Assembly: GCA_019058015.1 (NCBI GenBank)
Contig: JAHLWH010000130.1
Coordinates: 1-37,378, forward strand
Length of the DNA: 37,378 bases
Direction of reading: 5' to 3'
Origin: Promethearchaeota archaeon
GTDB taxonomy: Archaea > Asgardarchaeota > Lokiarchaeia > Sigyniarchaeales > SOKP01
Position 1 is the first letter of the stretch, and each line of letters opens with the position of its first letter. Below, piece after piece: positions 19,360-26,473 of this stretch. The notes under the pieces were generated by a model, which did not search any database, was not told the DNA's origin, and saw only the letters and a list, made by a program, of their open reading frames with translations. Position numbers and translations under genes: made by a program.

Positions 19360-20592
19360 TTAAAAAGTAAATGTTATTGCGATTTTGATTTTCTCATCGG
19401 TAATATCTTCCACCATTTTGACGAATCTTTCACGTTCTTCTTTTAATTTTCTAAGATATAAGTGGTAATCATCATTTTTCTTTTTAAAATCGTTTTCTAA
19501 ATGATCTTTTTTCAAACTTGCAGTTGCAATTTTCTCTTTTAATTGAGTAATTTTTTTTGAGAGTCCAATATCATTGATTTCTTTTTCTAAATTACTAATT
19601 TCTTCTTGTAAATGTTTATATTTTTCAATATTTTCTTTTAATTCATTTCCTGAAAGAATTTGATTAATTTGTTCTATAGTAGTTTCCTTTTTAGATGTTT
19701 TTAAATTTAATTCATTTGATTCTAAAGTTAATCTTAATTGTACTAATAAATCAGACAATTTTCTTAGATCTTTGCTATCTTTACATAAATTGGCAATAGG
19801 ATCTTTAAGAAAATCTTTGATATCATCTATGGAAATATTTCTTAATTTAATATTTCCCCTTTCTATCTCAACTCGTAATTTTTTTAAGGCTTTTTTAAAT
19901 TTCAAGTTATCATTTATATCAATTTTTAAATTAAATAAATCATTGTTCAAATCTGATTGTTTTTTAAAAAGTGCATGATCTTCAAACTGTAAAAATTCAT
20001 TTTTTAAAGATTCCCATTGTATTTCCACATCATCCTTTTCATTGCCTATTTTATTTATTGAGTTTTTAGCATTTTCAATATTATTTTTTAATGCAAATAA
20101 TTTTGGTAACTTGTTGATCAAATTTTCAGCTTCTCTAATTTTTTTATATTTTTCTCTCAAGAATTTATCTAGTATTCCACCTTTTTGGCCTAATTTTCTT
20201 GTATAGTAATGTAGATCTTTTATTTCTGCTTGAAAATCCCTTTGAAATTTTGGAATGGTCTTTCTACTAATATCAGTTATTAATTCAAATAATTTTTTAA
20301 TTTCTTTCAATAATGTAGAGAGTTTTTCATAGGTCATATCTTCCGGAATTTCAATTATATTAACATCTTTTTTAACTCTCTCTGTAAAATATGATAATGA
20401 TTTATTTGCCTTTTCGTCTAGATTCTCCTTGGCTTCGGATTTTTCCATTCTATCTATTGATTTTTTTAAGTTAATTAAACTGTCATCAATACTATCAATT
20501 AACTTTTGGGCTTTTCGCTTAACTTTAGAAAAAATCTCTTCCAACTTGGTATCATACCATTCTTCAAAATCATCGATGTTAATTTCAGATAT
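19360..20592 (-). CDS. Alpha-helical coiled-coil protein of unknown function; probable ATA start
   Basis: Lys/Glu/Leu-rich. Frame is open to 20601, GAGGGTGA lies 9 nt before ATA 20592, and the ATA follows 2 nt after the serS stop. Confidence 0.7.
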   Translation of the reverse strand: MSEINIDDFEEWYDTKLEEIFSKVKRKAQKLIDSIDDSLINLKKSIDRMEKSEAKENLDEKANKSLSYFTERVKKDVNIIEIPEDMTYEKLSTLLKEIKKLFELITDISRKTIPKFQRDFQAEIKDLHYYTRKLGQKGGILDKFLREKYKKIREAENLINKLPKLFALKNNIENAKNSINKIGNEKDDVEIQWESLKNEFLQFEDHALFKKQSDLNNDLFNLKIDINDNLKFKKALKKLRVEIERGNIKLRNISIDDIKDFLKDPIANLCKDSKDLRKLSDLLVQLRLTLESNELNLKTSKKETTIEQINQILSGNELKENIEKYKHLQEEISNLEKEINDIGLSKKITQLKEKIATASLKKDHLENDFKKKNDDYHLYLRKLKEERERFVKMVEDITDEKIKIAITFTF

Positions 20593-20594
20593 TC

Positions 20595-21896
20595 TTACTT
20601 TTCACCCTCAATTGGATTAATAATTTTCTTATTATTCATATATTTTTGAATAGCTTTAGGAATATTTATCGAATGATCTTCATTTTGATAATTTTCCAAA
20701 ATACAACATATAGTTCGTTCTGTCGCTATTGCAGTAGAATTTAATGTATGTATTATTTGATATCCTTCAGGGTCACCTAGCTTTCCAAATCGAATATTTA
20801 ATTTCCTTGCTTGATAATCCAAACAATTGCTACATGAACCTAGCTCTCTATATGCATTAGAGGCGGGAAACCACCCTTCAAGGTCGTATTTTTTTGCAGC
20901 GTTATCATTCATTTCTCCAGAAGCAATATTTACAATTCTATACGGAATTTCTAGTTTTTTGAAAAGATCTTCAGTATTTTTGTTTAATTCCTCATGATAA
21001 TTCCAAGAATCTTCAGGTTTGCATAGTATAAATTGTTCAATTTTTTCAAATTGATGAACGCGAAAAATTCCTAATGTATCCTTACCATGAGCCCCAGCTT
21101 CCCTTCTGAAACAAGTAGAGATTCCGGCATATTTTAACGGTAATTGATCATTATCAATTACTTCATTTTGATGATATGCAGCAAGCGTTTGTTCAGCTGT
21201 AGCAATCATATATAAGTCTTGATCCTGAATCTTATATAATTGTTCTTCAAAATCAGCAAGTTCTGATGCTGCTTTAATTGAATTATATTTAATGAAAAAT
21301 GGGGTCCATAATGGAATAAAATCTTTTGAAATTAAGAAATCTAAAGCAAATTGCATTAATGCAAGATTCATTACAGCTATATCATTTTTTAGGAAATAAA
21401 ATCTAGAACCAGAAATTTTAGATGCCCGTTTGATATCCACACCATCAATAAATTCAATTAAATCAACATGAGAAAGCGGATTAAATGAGAATTTTGGTAA
21501 GTCTCCGACATTTCTAACCAATTCATTCAAATCTTCGTTTTCACCCACGGGCACACTCTTATGAATTAAATTTCCAACCTGATAACGATACTCATCCCGT
21601 TTTTCTAATAATTTATTCACTTCATTTTCTACTTTAGGGATTAAATTACCTATACTCTTTGATTTTTCAACTAATTCTTGAATTTTATTTTTATCTTCGG
21701 CTTTTTTTTTCATATCAGCGATTTTTTTTGAGAGTTGATTTCTTTCATGCCTTAATTCATTTAATTCTTGTAATTTATTTCGCCAAGTTGTATCATACTC
21801 GATAACTTTATCAACTATATTTGAATCTTTAAAGCGTTTTTTCTCGGATTCATATATCAAATCAATGTTTTTTCGAAATAACTCGATATCAAGCAT
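20595..21896 (-). CDS. serS: Seryl-tRNA synthetase (standard type)
   Basis: MLDI start, N-terminal coiled coil, ATAEQ, FRREAG...GIFRVHQFEK, KKYDLE, ELGSCSNC and HTLNSTAIATER. Confidence 0.97.
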   Translation of the reverse strand: MLDIELFRKNIDLIYESEKKRFKDSNIVDKVIEYDTTWRNKLQELNELRHERNQLSKKIADMKKKAEDKNKIQELVEKSKSIGNLIPKVENEVNKLLEKRDEYRYQVGNLIHKSVPVGENEDLNELVRNVGDLPKFSFNPLSHVDLIEFIDGVDIKRASKISGSRFYFLKNDIAVMNLALMQFALDFLISKDFIPLWTPFFIKYNSIKAASELADFEEQLYKIQDQDLYMIATAEQTLAAYHQNEVIDNDQLPLKYAGISTCFRREAGAHGKDTLGIFRVHQFEKIEQFILCKPEDSWNYHEELNKNTEDLFKKLEIPYRIVNIASGEMNDNAAKKYDLEGWFPASNAYRELGSCSNCLDYQARKLNIRFGKLGDPEGYQIIHTLNSTAIATERTICCILENYQNEDHSINIPKAIQKYMNNKKIINPIEGEK

Positions 21897-22079
21897 TTTC
21901 TTGTTATTGACCCAATTTTCAATATCTTAATGAATTTTTATATAATTTTTTCCTTTATTATAATAATTAGTATTAGTAGTAAATTATTGATAAGTTATTT
22001 TTATTTATTCATCAACCAAAACATTTACAAAAAAAAATTGATCTTATAAGTTATCAAGGAACAAATAGTAATAAAAAAA

Positions 22080-22268
22080 TTATTTTTTTTTGTTATTAAT
22101 TCTTTTGCTTAGAGTTGCTCTAAGATAAGCGGTTTTAATTTTATTTTCGAATAATCCGACCTTTTTTGCAATCGATTGGAGTAGGATTCTATTTTTTTTG
22201 CCTTTCAAGCTTTCCTTTTCCATAAATCTGTTTACAAAAGCTTCAATTGGATCTTCTTCTGAACTCAT
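22080..22268 (-). CDS. Small hypothetical protein
   Basis: 62-aa ATG ORF in an otherwise empty gap; no family recognised. Confidence 0.5.
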   Translation of the reverse strand: MSSEEDPIEAFVNRFMEKESLKGKKNRILLQSIAKKVGLFENKIKTAYLRATLSKRINNKKK

Positions 22269-22419
22269 TGTTAATTAAAAATAAATCAATAAAAATAAAT
22301 TTTATTTTTCTTTTTCTCAATTACAATTTTTATATTTAAATCAAATTTTAAAAGAAAAACAATTTACATTATTTAATTTAAAAAAAGTAAAAAACAGGTG
22401 AGTAATTAAGGGGAGTATT

Positions 22420-24393
22420 ATGGAACAAGTTCGCATTGGAGTTTATGTTTGTGAGTGAGGGGTAAATATAGGGGGTTACGTAGATTGTGAAGCATTAAGA
22501 GACTTTGCAGAAACATTACCAAATGTTACAGTGGCTAAAATTAACAAATTTACATGTTCAGATCCAGGTCAACAAATAATTAAAAATGATATTCAAGAGT
22601 TGGACTTAAAAAGAGTAGTAGTGGCGTCATGAACACCAAAAATTCACGAACCTACATACAAATCATTGTGTGCTGAGTCCGGATTAAATCCTAATTATTT
22701 TCAAATGGTAAATATAAGAGAACATTGTTCATTTGTACATCAAGATAACAAAGAAAAAGCGACTCAAAAAGCAAAAAATTTAATTCGAGCAGGAGTAAAT
22801 AGAGCACGCCTTTTAGAAACTGTGCCAATCAAGGTTTTGAGCGTTGAGAAATCAGCGTTAGTTGTAGGAGCTGGTATTGCCGGGATGCATGCTGCGTGAG
22901 ATTTAGCAAACCATGGTATTAAGGTATATCTAGTTGAAAAAGAACCAACAATAGGCGGTAGAATGGCACAGTTAGATCGAATATTTCCAACAGATGATTG
23001 CGGAATATGAGTACTAGCACCAATTATGGTTAATGCATCAAAACATCCAAATATTGAATTAATGACATACTGTGAAGTTGTCGAATTTGGTGGATTCGCT
23101 GGCAATTATGAAATAAAAATTCTCAAAAAACCAAGATATGTTGATGAAAACAAATGTACGGGATGCGGTTTATGCACCACTAAATGTCCAATAGATGTAC
23201 CAGATGAGTTTAATAGAGGAATTGGGCAGAGACATGCAATTTATATTCCATTTCCACAAGCAGTCCCGATTCTTGCTTTAATTGATAAAGAAATATGCAT
23301 TGACTGCAAGCTTTGTGAAAAAGATTGTCCTGCTGAAGCAATTGATTATGAACAACAGCCAGAATATATCGATATTAAAGTGGGGGCTGTTATAATAGCA
23401 ACTGGTTGGGATGAATATCCAATTATTGATAGTAATGAGTATGGTTATGGCATCTATCCGAATGTAATAACCCAAATAGAATTGGAAAGATTATTAAGTC
23501 CAATCGGTCCAACTTATGGTCATGTCCATAGAATTTCCGATTGTAAAACGCCTAAAAATGTTGCTATGTTTCAGTGTGTTGGATCACGGAATTTAAAAGC
23601 TAATATATATTGTTCGGGTGTTTGTTGCATGGTTGCAATGAAAAATGCCCAACTTTTAAAACAAGAATATCCAGATATGGAAATCACAATTTTTTACATT
23701 GATATTAGGGCTACCGATAAAGGGAATGAAGAGTATTATACCGCAACGAGGAATGCAGGAGTTAATTTCATAAAGAGTAATATTTCACGAGTGTATGAAG
23801 ATCCGAAAACAAAAAAATTGAAATTTTTGGTGCAAGATTCTTTAAGAGAATCATTGGGCATTCAAGAGATGGAATATGATTTAATTGTTTTATCCACCGG
23901 AATCAATCCATCAAAAGGAACAAAAGAAGCCATTGCAGTATTGGGATTGGACAAAGGACCAAATGGATTTTTATCAGAAATTCATGGATGTCTCTCACCT
24001 CAAGAGACCAATAAACGGGGGATATATATTTGTGGTTGTGCTGCAGGTCCAAAAAACATTCCATATTCCGTATCTACTGCATTAGCAGCTGCGAGTAAAG
24101 CATCAGCACTTGTATTATCAGGTAGAATAAGACAAGAATTAATGATACCGGAAGTTGATCAGAATCTATGTATGGGATGCCACCGGTGTGAAAAATCATG
24201 TTTCTATCACGCTATTAAAGTTAATGAAGATGGTGTAGCCGAAGTTGATGAATTAAATTGTAAAGGATGTGGATTGTGTGTAACAGTCTGTCCAGCTAAT
24301 GCATTAGATCTAAAATATTATAGGAATAATCAATTTAAAAGTGAAATATATGGAATCTGTGGAAATAATTATTCTATGGAGGATACAGTTTAA
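22420..24393 (+). CDS. hdrA: Heterodisulfide reductase subunit A selenoprotein (657 aa; in-frame UGA at codons 13, 71, 160 and 197)
   Basis: One continuous frame: [18 protein letters not shown]...FTCSDPGQ...VVAS*TPKIHEP...[10 protein letters not shown]...[13 protein letters not shown]...[12 protein letters not shown], joining the 455-aa ORF with ferredoxin motifs and QCVGSR/YCSGVCC. TGAs at 22456, 22630, 22897 and 23008. GGGGAG upstream; TAA stop. Confidence 0.93.
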
Positions 24394-24431
24394 ATCTAAG
24401 TAAATAATAAAAAATGAGGGGTTTAAAAAAA

Positions 24432-24857
24432 ATGGAAAGTAAAATAATAAATCATAATCCTAAAATTATTTTGTTTGCTTGCGAAAAATGAGGTTATGCA
24501 GCTGCAGATTTAACCGGAACTTGTAGAAAACAATATTCATCTGATATCTATATAATAAGAGTGAAATGTACAGGACGTGTAAGTTTGGATATAATCATAG
24601 AATCACTTCTCAATGGGGCAGATGGGGTTGCAATAATAGGTTGACATGAGCATGAGTGTGAGTTTGGAGATGGTAATATGAATACATATAAGCATATTAA
24701 ATTTTTAAAAAAACTTTTCAAACATATCGGAATATCTGAAAATAGAGTTGAATATTATTTTGTATCTGCTGCAGAGGTGGAAAATTTTCTTAATGCTACT
24801 ACTGATATAATAGAGAAACTAAAAAAATTGCCTCCTTTACCAAAAAAATCTGAATAG
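24432..24857 (+). CDS. mvhD: MvhD/VhuD/FlpD [2Fe-2S] subunit selenoprotein (141 aa; UGA at codons 20 and 71)
   Basis: MESK...PKIILFACEK*GYAAADLTG...IRVKCTGRV...GADGVAIIG*HEHECEFGDGN...GISENRV...SAAE. TGAs at 24489 and 24642 occupy the CxxC and GCH Cys positions. Missing from the ORF track. Confidence 0.93.
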
Positions 24858-24897
24858 AATGACCTTTATAAAAAAATTTTAGTTATAAAGTGACTCT
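24856..24897 (+). promoter_or_regulatory. Eukaryote-like SECIS element in the 3' UTR
   Basis: AGA-ATGAC-CTTTATAA-AAAAATTTTAG-TTATAAAG-TGAC-TCT: UGAC/UGAC non-canonical quartet with tandem G.A pairs, perfect 8-bp upper helix, unpaired A-run at the 5' side of the loop, short lower helix. Directly after the mvhD stop. Confidence 0.85.
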
Positions 24898-24950
24898 CCT
24901 TGCAAGGGATCTCGGATTATTTTATATATAAATATTTAATTTGAAGAAAA

Positions 24951-26405
24951 ATGAAAGTGCAAGAGAATATTAATAGGAATGTTTTAAATGATGCATTAAA
25001 TGTTATGAAATCATATAGATTTAGAAATCTAATTGATTCTAAGGAAGACATTTTAAATTCAGGAATATATTCAGAAGAGGAATATTACGATTTCATTTTT
25101 ACATTGTACGATGAAGACAAATTAAAATATTCTCTTTTTAATTTTTTAAAAAATAAAGAAATTGCTTCTATTAAAGATTTAAAAGAATTTAGTAAAGAAT
25201 TTAATCATGATTTAAAAAAGATCTTGAGCTTATCTTATCTTTTAAAATATGAAAATTTAATTGAAATTAAAAAAAATGAAAATACTTCAGAATTAGAATT
25301 TAATATTAAAAATAAGGATTTTATTAAAGTTAAACCAATATATGAACCTGTCAAGGTTATATTTGATTCAAAAATATGTTCTGGTTGTGGAATTTGTCAA
25401 GGAATTTGTCCTGTTGATTGTATAAAAATTGATAACGGCGTTGGTATTATTGATGATGAGAAATGTATTAGTTGCGGGTTATGTTATACAGTTTGTCCAA
25501 GGTCATACTTACCAATAGACATTTTAAACATATATATCTCTAATTCAAATAAATTTAAAAATCAATCAGATATTGGAGAATATTTGGAAGCATATTCTGC
25601 AAAAACAAAAGTTGATGAGATATCCAAAATTTGTCAAGATGGTGGAATTGCAAGTTCTATTTTACATTATTTATTTGATACCCAGCAAATTGATGGTGCA
25701 ATTGGGGCTGGTATGAGTGAAACAATTTGGAAGCCAACACCACTTTTAATTAAAAATAAAGATGATATTAAAAAAACCTCAGGTACAAAATATGCAAATA
25801 ATCCTAATTTGCAATTATTAAATCAGCATATAGATTGTGAAAACTTGGCTGTAGTTGGAACTCCATGCATGATGCAAGCATTATTAAAATCTCATATTTA
25901 TAATTTTAAAACTCCAAATATAGAAAAAGTTAAATTTAGAATTGGAATTTTTTGTATGGAAAGCTTTCCATATGAGAGTATTTTAGAAATTGTAAAAAGA
26001 TTGTCTGTAGAAATTAATGATATAAAAAAAATGGACATAAATAAAGGAAAATTTTTTATATATCCAAAAAATGGCGAGCCTAAAAATATCCCAATTAAAG
26101 AAATAACTTCATTAGCTAGAGAAGATTGCGAATATTGTTATGATTTAACATCAGAATCTGCTGATATTTCTATAGGCTCAATTGGGTCCCCAGCAGGGTG
26201 GTCGACTGTTTTAGTCAGAACAAAAGTTGGAAAGGAAATTTTTAAGGGATTAGTTGATAAAAATTATATCGAATGGAAAGATCTTCAAGATGTTCAGCCC
26301 GGCTTAAACTTATTATTAAAAATTGCTAAAATGAAAAGAAAAAATTGTACTGAACATATTAATAAGGTAAAAATGGAGAAAGAGCATATTCCTCAATATT
26401 ATTAA
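24951..26405 (+). CDS. Coenzyme F420 hydrogenase/dehydrogenase beta-subunit family protein (FrhB/FdhB-like) with ferredoxin domain and ~130-aa N-terminal extension
   Basis: CSGCGICQGICP and CISCGLCYTVCP; QDGGIAS, SGTKY, VGTPC, GIFCME, CEYCYD, ADISIGSIGSP.GWS. Confidence 0.9.
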   Translation: MKVQENINRNVLNDALNVMKSYRFRNLIDSKEDILNSGIYSEEEYYDFIFTLYDEDKLKYSLFNFLKNKEIASIKDLKEFSKEFNHDLKKILSLSYLLKYENLIEIKKNENTSELEFNIKNKDFIKVKPIYEPVKVIFDSKICSGCGICQGICPVDCIKIDNGVGIIDDEKCISCGLCYTVCPRSYLPIDILNIYISNSNKFKNQSDIGEYLEAYSAKTKVDEISKICQDGGIASSILHYLFDTQQIDGAIGAGMSETIWKPTPLLIKNKDDIKKTSGTKYANNPNLQLLNQHIDCENLAVVGTPCMMQALLKSHIYNFKTPNIEKVKFRIGIFCMESFPYESILEIVKRLSVEINDIKKMDINKGKFFIYPKNGEPKNIPIKEITSLAREDCEYCYDLTSESADISIGSIGSPAGWSTVLVRTKVGKEIFKGLVDKNYIEWKDLQDVQPGLNLLLKIAKMKRKNCTEHINKVKMEKEHIPQYY

Positions 26406-26413
26406 ACAAAATT

Positions 26414-26452
26414 ATGATAAGAATTATTAGAAATATTGAATTATCTTATTAT
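26414..26452. terminator. AT-rich imperfect hairpin between convergent genes (possible bidirectional terminator)
   Basis: ATGATAAGA pairs with TCTTATTAT (one G-U) in the 68-nt gap between convergent stops. Confidence 0.3.
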
Positions 26453-26473
26453 TATTACAGGAATCTCTAATTA

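Noticed and set aside
22666-23105. ORFs 22666-22899 (+), 22764-23105 (-) and the 23026 start as separate genes
   Set aside because: They are fragments or antisense shadows of the UGA-containing hdrA.
24394-24470. ATGA at 24414 as a separate SECIS for hdrA
   Set aside because: No complementary helix or matching GA on the 3' side; it is better explained as part of the GAGGGG ribosome-binding site of mvhD.
22420-24857. Genome-wide UGA reassignment (Trp or Gly) as the explanation for the in-frame TGAs
   Set aside because: TGA ends ordinary genes here (e.g. 2648-2650, 13180-13182, 15258-15260), Trp is encoded by TGG, and five of the six TGAs fall on conserved Cys positions within two adjacent genes.
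24855-24953. mvhD and the frhB-like gene are in the same frame, suggesting a read-through fusion
   Set aside because: It would need TAG plus two TGA read-throughs across the SECIS. MvhD ends at its normal length, and a shared frame has a 1-in-3 chance.
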